64,000 nt of DNA from Dicyema japonicum (GCA_011109175.1 RDEW01000019.1:1016247-1080246), one strand, 5' to 3'; positions 11,052 to 24,600 are shown, counted from the stretch's first letter. Numbers and translations are program-made. The notes: generated by a model from the letters alone, not told the origin.

Positions 11052-13719
11052 TATATAGATTTGAATTCAAATGGTTATACTAATCGGCACTTATTGTAGT
11101 AATAATGTTATAGGTCTAACATTCATCTGGTAGATAAAATTCATAATATAATTGTATAGGCGTCATACTTGAATCCAGGTTGTTATATTACATTGCCCAA
11201 TAGTAACCCTTAATATATATTAAAGATTTGAATTCAATGATCGATTATACTAATCGGCACTTATTGCAGTAATAATGTTATAGGTCTAACATTCATCTGG
11301 TAGATAAAATTCATAATATAATTGTATAGGCGTCATAGTTTGAATCCAGGTGGATTGAAGTAAATGCTAAATAGTAACCCTTAATAGATATAGAGATTGA
11401 ATTCAAATGATTTACTATCGGCACGTATTGCAGTAATAATGTTATAGGTCTAACCTTCATCTAGTAGATAAAAATTAATAATATAATTGTATAGGCTCAT
11501 ACTTGATTCCAGGTGGTTGAAGTAAAATGCTAAATAGTAACTCTTAATAGATAATAGAGATTGAATTCAATATGATAAATTAACTCATATCGGCACTTAT
11601 GCAGTAATAATGTTATAGGTCTAACCTTCATCTGGCAGATAAAATTCATAATATAATTGTATAGTCTTTTAGTTTTGATTCCGAGTAGTAGATTAATAAT
11701 GCTAAATAGTAATCACTTATGATAATATAGATTTGAATTCAAATGTTTTCTAATCGGCACGTATTTGCATTAATAATGTTATAGGTCTAACCTTCATGTG
11801 TTAGATAAAATTCATAATATAATTGTATAGGCCTAGTTCGAATCCAAGTGGATTAGAATTATATTGCTAAATATAACCTTAATATATATTAAAGATTTGA
11901 ATTCAAATGGTTATACTAATCGGCACTTATTGCAATAATGTTATAGGTTATGCTTCATCTGGTAGATAAAATTCATAATATATTGTATAGAACGTCATAC
12001 TTTGATTCCAGGTTGTTATATTACATTGCTAAATAGTAACCCTTAATATATATTAAAGATTTGAATTCAATGGTTATACTAATCGGCACTTATTGCAGTA
12101 ATAATGTTATTAGTAAGCTTCATCTCGCTCAGATAAAATTCATAATATAATTGTATAGGCTTCCTAGTTAAATCCAAGTGGTTGTGAAGTAAAATTTAAA
12201 TAGTATCCCTTAATAGATAAATGAGATTTGAAATCAAATGATTAATACTAATCGGCACTTATATGCAGTAATAATGTTATATGTCTAAGTTGATCTCGTA
12301 GATAAATTAATCAATATAATTGTATAGGCGTCATACTTGATTCCAGGTGGTTGAAGTAAAATGCTAAATTGTAACCTTAATAGATATTAGAGATTTGAAT
12401 TCAGAATGGTTAGTTTCTAATCGGCACTTATTGCAGTAATAATGTTATAGGTCTAACGTTCATCTGGTAGATAAAATTTCATAATATAATTGTATAGGCG
12501 TCATACTTTGAATCCAGGTGGTTATATTACATTGCTAAATAGTATCCCTTAATAGATATTAAAGATTTGAATTCAAATGGTTTACTAATCGGCACTTATT
12601 GCAATAATAATGTTATAGGTCTAACCTTCATCTGGTAGATAAAATTCATAATATAATTGTATAGGCGTCGTAGTTTGAATCCAGCTGGTTAAGTACATTG
12701 CCCAATAGTATCACTTAATATATATTAAAGATTTGAATTCAAATGGTTATACTAATCGGCACGTTTGCAGTAATAATGTTATAGGTCTAAGCTTCATCTC
12801 GTAGATAAATTCATAATATAATTGTATAGGCGTCCTAGTTTGATTCCAAGTGGTAGAATTATAATGCTAAATAGTAACCCTTATTAATAGATAATAGAGA
12901 TTTGAATTCAAATGATTATACTAATCGGCACTTATTGCAATAATAATGTTATAGGTCTAAGCTTCATCGTAGATAAAATTCATAATATAATTGTATAGGC
13001 GTCCTAGTTGATTCCAAGTGGTGAATTATATTGCTAAATAGTATCCCTTAATATATAATAAAGATTTGAATTCAAATGGTAATACTAATCGGCACTTATT
13101 GCAATAATAATGTTATAGGTCTAACCTTCATCTGGTAGATAAAATTCATAATATAATTGTATAGGCGTCGTAGTATGAATCCAGGTTGTTATATTACATT
13201 GCCCAATAGTATCCCTTAATATATATTAAAGATTTGAATTCAAATGGTAATACTAATCGGCACTTATTGCAATAATAATGTTATTGATCTAACTTCATCT
13301 GGTAGATAAAATTCATAATATAATTGTATAGGCGTCGTACTTTGAATCCAGGTTGTTATATTACATTGCCCAATAGTATCCCTTAATATAGATAATAGAG
13401 ATTTGAATTCAAATGGTTATACTAATCGGCACTTATTATAATAATAATGTTATAGGTCTAGCTTCATCTGTTAGATAAAATTCATAATATAATTGTATAG
13501 GCGTCGTAGTTTGATTCCATGTGGTTGAATTAATGCTAAATAGTAACCCTTAATATATATTAAAGATTTGAATTCAAATGGTTATACTAATCGGCACTTA
13601 TTGCAGTAATAATGTTATAGTCTAACGTTCATCTGGTAGATAAAATAATATAATTGTATAGGCGTCATACTTTGAATCCAGTGGTAGAAGTAAAATGCTA
13701 AATAGTAACCCTTAATATA
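11052..13719. repeat. Satellite array 1: ~16 tandem units of ~167 bp
   Basis: The ttgtataggcgtc anchor recurs at 11160, 11330, 11495, ~11665, 11831, ~11991, 12159, 12328, 12498, 12665, 12830, 12999, 13165, 13332, 13501 and 13662 (spacing 160-170). Nearly every unit has an EcoRI site (gaattc). Confidence 0.97.
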
Positions 13720-14299
13720 AAGTCGAAGACAGAACTCGTTGCAAATGAGCGAAATGGTCTCCTGTTGGAATGAAGTAAAAAATCGTTTTGAACTCCGAAA
13801 TGGAATGGAAGTCACTTGAGTAAGGTTGATCTGAAAACATAACTAGAAGTAAGGGTGAAAATTCTTAAATAAAGTAGCCACATGGGACCACGAAGAATAC
13901 TTAATTGGAAGTATAATTATTAACTCCTATATGATTCTTTATCGCATCCTGATGACGATTTGTTAAAAAAAACCCATTTGAAATTTCACGTAGCCGTTAT
14001 AAAACCCAATTTAGTCGATCCGTTTCCGTTGTGAGGTATTCACTGATGGTGGCGTCACTAGTCTAACTGAGAATTACCGTTAATGCGTGGAACCAGCGAT
14101 CACAGAATGGTTATTGTCACCTTCAGCCTGGCGAAACATGCTATCAAACATAAGAAACATAATAACATTACAAACAATAATTATGAGAATACAAGAAATG
14201 GATACGCGAGGGGAAAACTGATCTCTCATCCAGACAGAGTCAAAAATTATTAAAAATACATCTGCTCTCATCTGCAGAACCAACAGTAGGAATTTCGTG

Positions 14300-15746
14300 G
14301 GATCACACAAAGTACATAATAATAAAGCGGACGACACATACAGAACTAGTAAAGGAGTTAGCATAGAAGTTTAAAGAAATCCATACAAAAAAAAACTAAA
14401 CGAAAAAGACTATAACATAGAAAAGCCCTTCAGGAGCAGAGGGTCCAAATCCGTAGACTGAACAAGACACTCCACCAAGAAGAACTTCTTCGCAAAATCA
14501 ATGAAGTATCCAAACTAAAGGATAATTCACAAATATATATGGCCGCTCGTTTACTACGCCACATAAACCGGAAGGAACGAATAATCATCAAAGACAAAAA
14601 TGGCAAGACATTACTGAATACTGAAGAGCAAGCGGAAGTAATTGCAATACATTTTGAGAAACTTTTTAATGTGACTACAGCAATCCCTCCATTCAAAGGA
14701 AAGCCTAGACCTTTAAAAGAACCAATTTCAATTTTGGAAGTAAAAACAGCATGTCAAAAACTAAAAATAACAGAAGCCCTGGACCAGATACGATAAACTC
14801 AGAATTACTGAAATACGGGCCTGACCCCCTTTTTGAAAAAATCGCAACACTACTAAATGATATTTTTCATACTTGGAGGCCGCTATGAGGGAACTGAGAC
14901 CAATATAATATCAAAGGAAAAATAGAAGAAGTTATTTATGCTGATGATGTTGATTTAATTTCTGAAGACAAAGAACTCCTGAGCATGTACTAGAAAAAGC
15001 ACCAGACATACTTGAGAAATGGTTTCACCGTGAACAGGGAAAAAAAGAACGGACAGAGATAAGACGGATGAACAACTCACTCGAAGAAAAATGGAGGCAC
15101 ATAAAGAAACTTGGCTCTCTACTAGGAAATAGCGAAGACATCATACGGAGAAAAACATTGGTAAATGCGGCATTACAAAGGCTGAAAAATCTTTGGCTAA
15201 AACGAAAAGGATATAACATAAAACAAAGGATTATGTTATACGACACTTTTTTCAAACCAATTCTACTATACAACTCTGGTACCTGGGCCAGCTCTAAAGA
15301 GGAATTGGAGAGGCTATACACATTTCACAGGAATCATCTAAGAAACATAACTGGAATGTCCTGCCTATCCAAGATCTCGCGGAATGGACTCTACAATAAG
15401 TGTGACTGTATACTAATAAGCCACAAGATCATTAGCTCACGTTGGAGACTTTTTGGACACGTCCTGAGGTTGGACCCGATATCCCCTCCGAATATCGCAA
15501 TTGAAGATTACTACTCCTCCAATGTAAAACGCTTTCGTGGAAGACCGAGAACTACCCTCCCGGTAGTTCTACAAAAGGATCTGAAAGCCGTAAAAAAACA
15601 TTGGCATTTGGTGACGATCTGGACTCACTGAGGGACCTAGCAAAGAACAGAAGAGCTTGGAGCTACCTAACTAATTTTCTATATTTTTTGCTGCACATGC
15701 AGGGCTATAAATAATATGGCTCTAGTGAAAGTGCTAATAATAATAA
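14300..15746 (+). mobile_element. Decayed RTE-like retrotransposon (internal deletion, frameshifts)
   Basis: LEVKTACQKLK..., YADDVDLIS at ~14,936, KKLGSLLGNSEDIIRRK, KPILLYNSGTW, RGRPRTTLP; ends gtgc(taa)n at 15,731-15,746. 5' boundary approximate. Confidence 0.88.
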
Positions 15747-16024
15747 CCAACATATACATTTTTATCACAAACATCTTCAAAATGGCAGAAAATAAAAATA
15801 TTTAGATAATAAACTTATGAAAAATATTGGAATTTAATGACCTAATTGACAATGTGTTATTTCTCAATCAAAAACTGTCAATCATAATAATATTCAATCA
15901 CTTTCAATTTATATATTAACATACAACATTTTCGGTTATTAAATCTACAATGGGGTGAAGTCGTCAAGTCGACCTCTTCTCTATTAATTATTTATTTTTG
16001 ATCAAAATTGGTAAAGTACTTCAT

Positions 16025-16156
16025 GAATGAGAAGAGCTGTTCGGGATTCTCGACTTCGCCGGACTCGTCCTCACCTTTGTCGGTCTGGGATCACTTAGTC
16101 AGATAAGAACTTTTATTTCTTTCTCTTTGACCCAGTGATCCTGGTGGTAATAATAA
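16025..16156 (+). mobile_element. 132-bp 5'-truncated non-LTR insertion with 13-bp TSD
   Basis: TSD taaagtacttcat at 16,012-16,024 and 16,157-16,169; encodes RRAVRDSRLRRTRPHLCRSGIT* (RTE-like C-terminus); 3' UTR stem ggatcact/agtgatcc; (TAA)n tail. Confidence 0.85.
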
Positions 16157-16890
16157 TAAAGTACTTCATAACTGAATAATTGATATTAGAACATCAGAAT
16201 TAATGTTCCGAAAGTCCATCAAAGAGTACTTGCTTGTTTGGATGGAAAATAGATATTTACTCTATGTGGAATGGGTAGATGTGGAAGATCTCTTAGAAGG
16301 ATATAATTTAATTCCACACTTTCTACTTAATAGCTTAGCTATTTTGTTTGACTTGTAATGATTTTATCATGAAAACGATCTGTAGCAAATGTCAATAAAT
16401 ATTACAAAAATTTGTTATAAATCTTATTAGTTAAGTATGTAATTAATTGGTTAGAATTTGAAGTCCAAAAATCAACTATCAAAAAATAAAAAAAAGTATT
16501 CATTTAACTTTGATTTGAAATTTTATCAAACTAGTACTACTTATTAAATAATTCATACTTAATGATTAGAGAATAACGGAATTAGTTAACGAATCATTAG
16601 TTTGTTAATTATTTGGGGGAACATCCCAAGGAAATGTGATGGGACAAAAGGTTGTGCTAGGCATTATGAAGGGACGCACCGTTCTACCTTGTGTTCGTCC
16701 CTGATAAATGTTTAATATTGATGATATGTCATCTATAATCAGATAATATAGGAACCTGTCTCACATATTACATCATTCATAATGTAATGTGATGCTTCGC
16801 TAAAATCTCTCATTTCATTAGAGCAATAATCAATAATTTTAGTATCATTTGAGTTACCACGTCTGTCTATGACAAATGAATCACCCTTCA

Positions 16891-17775
16891 TTAAATCTGA
16901 ACAATTATTATAAAGTTACTATAGATTAATTCTTGCTCCTGATCATCGTTAATTTCAACTACAGAAGCAGAATATTGTCCACATACTGCATTAATATGTT
17001 TTAATTCAGTAAATGAATGATTGACGATATATCCTCTCCCATTATGTATATAATAAGTAACATGGTTTCCCTGTGCAAAAATCGATATATCTGTCCTCTG
17101 AGGAGTAAGAGAAATTCCTTGAGGCACATAATGATTAAAATCAAGAATAATGTTATCTAAATAATATGTATTAATACCTTTTTCGCATACAAATACTAAT
17201 TCTTCGAATAATTGTCGAAAAGTCATGACTCCTTGACAATATTTAACACCAATGCGAGAAGCAAAATTCATGTCGTACAGTCCACTAAAGTTCAAATACG
17301 GCTAAAATTCTTGATTAACAAAAACCATGTCTCTATTATCGTTTAAAGAAAATCTTCCGTAATGGTATTTTCCTTGAATCCAAAAGTCATTACGAATATA
17401 ATCTATCAAAATACCAGAATCACTCACGACTCAATGCTAAAAGTTCATCAAAATCGTTTATGATAACTGGATAATGACCGTTTGTACAAGATGTAAATAT
17501 ATTTCTCTTACCATAAATATGATATCCATGATTTCTATAATTAAAAGTTCTGTAACATGCTTAAATTCATAAAGTAATATACTTGTTAAAGGGGATAGCA
17601 GCAAAGTGATAAAAATATTCATCTGTCGTCTATTATAAGATTTTTGTCTATATATATATAAAAATAATTTCCTAGAAATCTCAAATATTTTCTGTGAAAA
17701 AATCGATAATCGAATCTTAATATCTGATTTACTTGTTCTTGTTGAAAAATGGTCTAAAATTATATTATCCCTCAC
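16891..17775 (-). pseudogene. Degenerate ORF of unknown product
   Basis: ORF 16891-17295 extends upstream through one in-frame TAG (…DYIRNDFWIQGKYHYGRFSLNDNRDMVFVNQEF*PYLNFSG…). No family recognised. Confidence 0.3.
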
Positions 17776-17920
17776 TAATTTATTAGGATATTCTTCTATT
17801 TAGTGAGAATTGAACAGTAAATAAAAATCCAAGGAATTTCAAGAATTTATGGTTTTCATTCACACATTCACAAAATAAGATTTTTTTTATGTCGGATTTC
17901 ATTCACACATTCACAAAAAT

Positions 17921-18080
17921 AGCCTGTTTTTCACGTGTTTCATTTATGTTCCTTTAAGTCTATGGGAAGCCTGTTTTTCACGTGTTTCATTTATGTTTCT
18001 TTAAGTCTATGGGAAGCCTGTTTTTCACGTGTTTTATTTATGTTCCTTTAAGTCTATGGGAAGCCTGTTTTTCACGTGTT
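17921..18080. repeat. 47-bp minisatellite, ~3.4 copies
   Basis: agcctgtttttcacgtgtttcatttatgttcctttaagtctatggga starts at 17921, 17968, 18015 and (partial) 18062. It is preceded by a duplicated 22-mer tttcattcacacattcacaaaa (17854, 17897). Confidence 0.95.
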
Positions 18081-18090
18081 CCATAGTATT

Positions 18091-18600
18091 ATTTATTTCA
18101 AAACCCCAAGACCACCAAAAAAGAAAGAATTAATTTGCTAAATTAAGTGATCTGATGAACCCAAATATTGAAAAATTTGTGTCTAATTTTTTCAAAATTA
18201 TTGTTCATATGTTCACATTAATTATCAAATTTTTTATTTCCAACTCGTTCCCATATAGGTTTTCCCGGTGGGCGATATTTTTTAAAAGTTTGTTAAAGGA
18301 GGCGATGTTCTGAATTAATTTGGGAACCATTTATCTACATAAACAATATATTGAGTATTTAAATCTTTTTTTCTTTCTTCTGGTTCATTCAGAATAAACC
18401 ACTTTTTCCAGTAGATTTATTAACTTTTTTTGTATTTTTAGTAAGACGTTTTATAAGGTAGGATATTTAGTAGACAGATTAGTTACTCTTTACTAAACCG
18501 AGTGTTTTCTTTTCTTCTGGTTGGTCTCTTCTAGATGCATATCACTTTACATAATTTTGTTCTCTTTTTAAATCTTTCAATTCATCTAAAATTTTAGTTG
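18091..18600 (-). mobile_element. 3' remnant of an I-group-like LINE
   Basis: Plus strand atttatttcaaaaccccaagaccaccaaaaaag...aattaagtgatc is the reverse complement of the shared LINE 3'-tail motif. Confidence 0.4.
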
Positions 18601-19880
18601 ATGTGATGAAGTGCCTTTCTTGCACAAGATGTCTTCTTCATGCACTCAATTCCCTGTTCTCTATTGGAGCATTCAATGTAAGAGGACTAACATCACACGT
18701 AAAAGAACAACACTTATGTGCGGACCTCCAACGATATGGAATATCTGTATGCGGTCTCCAGAAAACTAAAGTCCCCAATGGTCAGGATGAAACAATGAAC
18801 GGGTATCGAGTGTCCCTGTTGCCATCAGACTGCCGAGATTATGGAATGGGGTTCGTAATACGCATGGACGTAGCTGTGGCGGCTCATAGAGCATGTAATA
18901 TCAACTACGCCTAGGAAACAACCGTAATACTACTCTATCGATTATCAATGTATATGCACGACCTTTTTGGTGAGTTTGTGACGGTCCAAAGAATCCTCTA
19001 TTGGAAGACACGGGCGCGGTAGGAGAAATGTATCTGAAGCCTCGCTGGTGAACTTCTTTGCGGCTGCTGCGGACATAGAAAGGACAAAACACCCTTCACA
19101 TCAAAGACAAAAATGGAAAATTTGTGGGTAACCCGGAAAAAAAACAGAATTGATTGCACGACACTTCGAAACACTGTTGAATAAAAAAATTAAGGACTTT
19201 CCCCTTTTCCAGGAAGAAGCAAAGGCTCTAAAAATCCCAATTACAGTGGAAGAGGTGGAATTAACGATAAATAAACTGAAGGAGAACAAGAGTGCTGGGG
19301 AGCAACTTTCCACAGTTTCAAAAAAACGATTGGAATACCTCAGGGTGATTCACTCTCTTTTTACTATTCATCATATACCTTGAATCTGCACTCCGTGACC
19401 TCCGTAAATGCTATATAGGAGACATAGAAGAGACATCTTATGCGGGTGATGTGGATTTCGTATCACGGGACGAAACCGCACTCCAACAGCATACTAGAAA
19501 ATGCACCTGAGGAGCTTGAGAAATGGTTTCTCAGTGTAAATGTAAACAAAACTGAAATTACGGAAATCAAAAGAGAAGACGATATTACTCATGAAAGATG
19601 GAGACGTACTAATAAGCTCCGCTCTCTACTAGGAGACGCTGAAGATGTACTAAGGAAAAAAACACTGGCAAATGCTGCAATTGCTAAACTGAAGAAAGGA
19701 TGGCTATGAGAAAAAAAACTTGGAATTGACATCAGATGCAGGGATTACTACGGGGTTGTGAAACCGATCTTACTGTACAACGCTAACATGCGGAAGTTTT
19801 TTCACTTAACTATTAAAACTGGATTTGTTCCATAGAAGGCAACTAAGAAGCTTACTCGGAATGGAGTGGGCACGTACTCG
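18600..19880 (+). mobile_element. Decayed, internally deleted RTE-like element (APE, linker and post-RT fragments)
   Basis: FSIGAFNVRGL...VCGLQKTKV (APE); EKWFLSVNVNKTE; KLRSLLGDAEDVLRKK. 19,720-19,870 aligns by eye with 57,420-57,590. Confidence 0.8.
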
Positions 19881-21199
19881 AAACAAGTTTTGTGAAATGC
19901 AAGGAAAATCAAATTCGACTAAGCATTAGTGACCTCATTGATCGTAGAGTCAGTGAATGGAATGAGAAAATCAGATAATTTTACAGTAGCATCTGTGAAA
20001 TAGTAATAAAAATGATAAACTTGTTAGTTTGAAATGTTTTTAGACAAAAGACTCAATAAAAAGCTGTTGTTGTGAAAATTCGTGAGTTGATAGAAAAATC
20101 ACCAGGATATTCTCTAATAACAGTCTTAATCTTTTCAACGACCTTCCTGATTTGAATGCGGCATAACAGTTGATGATAAGATAGTATTTTTTCAAAAACT
20201 CTAAAGTTAATAAATAAAAAATAAAAAATCAATAAAAATTTTGACTTTACTGACCTAAAAAATTAAATTTTGACCTTTTTTGATAATACCCAAAATTTTG
20301 AGTTTTAACTTTATAACTTTTGATTTATATATTATTTTTGATTAAAAATCACATTTTTATAGTTTTAGACAATTTTAAAGAACATATAAATTTTTGACTA
20401 TATAGACAAAATTCGGTCTACAATAATTCATAGATTTTTTCTGTTTATTAGAAATTTTATGAAATTCTAGCAAATTGGAAGTTTTTTAGTTAATTTTATA
20501 TTTAATAAAAAACCAGAAACTGACAATAGGTTTCAATAAAGTATTCTGAGAAAATTAATGAATTCTCTCCTCATTTGCTTGTTGACGCTTATAAGCTGTT
20601 AAAAGAAAACCTTAGAATTTGGAGTCTATATTGACTCTTTTCTGGTATAATCATGTATTAGTATAAAGATGAGAGTCTTCCATGATAACTACGAAAAATT
20701 GGTCAAGCAAACATTTGCCTTAGTGCATGAAACCCAACAAGTAGTCTTATAGTCAACTAAAAGTTTTTTGATACGTTTGATATAATAGTCGTTTAACGAA
20801 ATTGTTCTAGTCGATAGCAGAAAAGTAGACTTCAAGTCTTTTGGCTGTCGACAAGCTTATGTCGACCAAAATGCGAAACACAAGAATTATGACGCATACG
20901 TGTTTTTCACGTAGACTATAGTTTTCTAATCTGTAGATCTCAGCATGTTTTGAGTGATTGCACAATGTCTGCACAATGTCTGCACAATGTCTGCGGTCTT
21001 AAATTTTAACGGGTCATGTGGGTTCTTATATAAAATCCTGGAATTCAAAATAACATTTATTCAATAGATACGATAAGAAATATCCTTCAATTGGACACAG
21101 ATAACTGGCACTGTTTTTACGTGAAAAATGATACTTTGCCTTCTAAGTAAAATCAGGTCCCAGAGATGCAGTAAGGGATATGCTATGCCATTTTCAACT

Positions 21200-21895
21200 A
21201 CTCGGCTTTTCACGAAGAAGTGGAAAAAATCTGTTCAAGAATCCCCGGGTGGAAATTGGCGGACATCGATTACATTGTTTGAGAACATTACGCAGTAAGT
21301 ATAGTACTTCATTTCAGATTTAATCAACTCTGGTAAATGTTACCACCATCTCAGTCACACCGGTAGATGTGCATATACTAGAAATGGGGTTATAATATTA
21401 AATGATTGCTTTATGGAATGTTACCCCATCTGTCAGAGTATTCATAATATTGAATGATAGAATTCCAGAGTAGATCTGATTCTCAACCTTTTTACTACAT
21501 CCAGAATTTGGATCTACCCCCAAGGTATTTTTGAGGTTATTTTAGAACGACTCCCGAATCCAAAAGGTAAGAGTCACTATAAAGTAGATAATTCTTATTG
21601 TATTGGATCAAGGTGTATCTTCATTTTGCAGATAACGAGAAGTATCGAAGATTAAAGACAAGAGTGTAAAAAAAATGAGTGGATACTAGCGAATATAGAA
21701 AATATGTCTGAACTAGAATTTCTCAAATCCACATGTGAGAGATATCAAAGCAAATACGATATGAGAAACGTATACTACATTGGTAACTTCCTACAATACA
21801 GAGGAACACTTCTGCTAAGAAATGGAATAATATTTTACACCAATTATCCTTTTTTAAAACGAAAAGCGATCTGCCAGATAGGTTTGGGGTACTAA
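21200..21895 (+). pseudogene. Possible decayed multi-exon gene of unknown function (copy at ~44,341-45,070, minus strand)
   Basis: ORF 21704-21895 plus candidate microintrons such as gtaagtatagtacttcatttcag. No family recognised. Confidence 0.2.
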
Positions 21896-22089
21896 TAAGT
21901 TGGATAATTTGTCTTTTGGGAATAAAGATAATCTAATTTAACTGATAAGCATGATATTGGCTACTTATATTAACTATAACTACTTATATTAACTTCCTTG
22001 GTTTCTGATGTCTTATGAGTCCTTCACTTGATCCGTTTCACGAGAATACAAGGCTTTCATCCACCATGAAGTTAAGTTGATATTTTGCG

Positions 22090-23680
22090 TAATAAGTACG
22101 CCTAGCCTCAATCTTCCTACCAACCAACCACTTGTAGCAAAACCACTGATTACAGCCTTGTGTCCCCTTTTTATAAAGATTTTAATGCTAAACATCCAGC
22201 CTAGTTAAAATCACCTCCAGCAGTTTCAATAGATTATCCTTCTTAAACCAACTCACCTCTCTGACTATCCTCAACAACCCCGGGAAGCACACTAGGACTC
22301 TTTACAAAAAAAGGAAGCATCAGCGTCCCCAGACATTACCTTCTGTTCCTTAAACCTTGCACCGGATACATTATGGATTATTTTCCGACCACAATCCAAT
22401 CATTATTCGAATCAAAAAAGTTTTTTACACAAAAAAGAGACTGTTCTATTTTTCAACTATTAAAAAGCAAAATGGAATGACTATTCAAAATACATCGATC
22501 AATCTCTACTAAACTTTGACATGAGCATATTCTCCTCAATATATATGCCATTAACTTTTTGAACGAAATTATTCTCATTTCGTACCTTCTTTTCCAGGAC
22601 AGAAAAATCAAACAAAAACTCTCAATGACGAAATATCAAAAAGGATTAGAAAAACTGAAGTCAACAAATGGGACAAACTATAGTATCTTCCTTTCAATTT
22701 AAGAAATCAGCTCAGGCGATATGGAGAGAAATTAAACAATTTGGCCCAATATGAAATCATCTTAGATTCAGATGTCAGTGAAAGTTTAAAGAGGGTGAAT
22801 TCTTCCATCTCATATGTGCCTGATTCTATCCCTGGTATTTTACTAAAACACCTTGGACCTATTGGGATGATGCAATCACAGTGATTTTCAACTATTTAAT
22901 AAATATGAATACAATTTCAACAAGTTGGAAACTGTCCTATATACGCCATTCTTTAACCCTAAGTACAATCCTGCATCATTTTGACCAATCTCTTTACTAT
23001 GAACTCAAAATTATTGGAAAAACTGATTCTTAATCCTATTACCCTTTCCTTTTTTTATTTTCACAACATGGATTCAGAAGGGGTTATTTAACTTCTACTC
23101 GCCTAACTTCCATCAAACAATTTATCATTGAAGGCTTTAACACAACTCCTTGTTACGTCAAAACACTCATTTGTTCGATCGATTTACAAAAGGCTCTGTC
23201 TCAAGAAAAATCTTAACCGAAATTGTTTGCTATCCCCATCAAATATAAAACTTTCGCTTGCTAACTTTATCAATGGAAGATTGGCCTGGGTATATATGGA
23301 TGGGACCAAATCAGTTTCAAAATTACTCCTAATGGTGTCCCACAGGTTCCCCTTTATCACCCGCCTTATTTAACTTATAAATGTCCGATTTACCACAAAC
23401 CAATAATAAAGACGACTTCCTCATATCATTTGCTGATGACCTATTAATCTATTCCAGATCTCTTAAAGGCGTCAGAAAAACTACTAGAATACTTTCACAA
23501 AATTCAAATTTGGCTAAATTATTATCGACTTGATATATCTACCAAAAATCTTTTTCGTCCTTATTTACCTTAGACAAACGACTTGGACTGTGGATTTTTT
23601 TATCAACTAGACAAAAATACCTTTCATGAAGAAACTGAAATTCTTGGGGATCACCTTTGACACACATGTCCTTTTCATCT
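22090..23680 (+). mobile_element. Heavily decayed APE-RT LINE, present only in the left arm
   Basis: Remnant motifs in correct order: DFNAKHP, SVPDIT, FSDHNPI, QHGFRRG, IDLQKA, NGVPQG, FADD, FLGITFD. Confidence 0.8.
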
Positions 23681-24600
23681 CACGTCGCCAACATCTCTGG
23701 TGACTGCTCGAGAAAACTAGGAATAATCAAAACTACTTTCTGTGGCATTATAACCCATTTGTCAAATTTTAGATAAACGGCATCATAATTTCGATTGTCT
23801 GATTCGAAGTCAGATATTTTATACTTTAAAACATCCGGGATGCTATTGCATACATTTGCTGTAGAAGAAATAGAGCAAAAGAAACTTTTTGTTGAAAAAA
23901 ACACTATAAAATTGGACATCCTGGTCGAGATAGACTGCTTTTTCTTCTGAACGATCTTGTTTATGGATTTTTCAGAAATGAAGTCATGTCAGTAATTAAA
24001 TTCTGTCTCAATGTCAAGCAAGACAGCTTAGCCAGACCAGCGAAAACACCTAAGGATATCATTTCAGTCTAATATTAGATTTATTTTTTGATCTAATTGA
24101 TTTGAGTGATTGTGCTGACGAGAATGAAAATTATGCCTGGCTTTTGGTTGTAAAGCTGAGATGAATGACTCAGGGATGGAAGAAAGGAGGTTATCATCCA
24201 TGGAAAAGGTTTCCAAGTTAGTCATTTGGGGGATGGTCGAGTGGAGAGCGTTTGAAAGATCTAACGGATGATAGCCTGGATATCTCCCTACCACATGGAC
24301 CTTCATTTCGCATCCGCCTCTGACTCCAACACCCAGATGTAATGGACGAATCGCGCGAAATGTTTGCAATGACAGATCGAGAAGCAATCTTTCCAGAAAG
24401 GAGGCGGAAAAACGTCGCCAACTGGAATGGACGAAATCCACAGCCTTTCTTCTCCAACGCAGTTAGATTTGGAGAAAAATTAGTTTGCGAACCATAAGCA
24501 ACGGTTCACAAAATCCAAAATTCTTCCGGATAGAAATATAGCTGGCTGGACAACAGATTGAGACTCCCCACTAATGAGTTCACTTTTCTTTGTCCCTGCA
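23680..24600 (-). pseudogene. Decayed leucine-rich-repeat protein gene
   Basis: LDLSNALHSTIPQMTNLETFSMDDNLLSSIPESF, then LILD*NDI and GVFAGLAKL in shifted frames. Confidence 0.55.

Noticed and set aside
11052-13719. CRISPR-like array (conserved repeat plus variable spacer) in either 167-bp array
   Set aside because: Variable segments are recurring point variants of one sequence, not unique spacers; the unit is too long; no cas genes; eukaryotic context.
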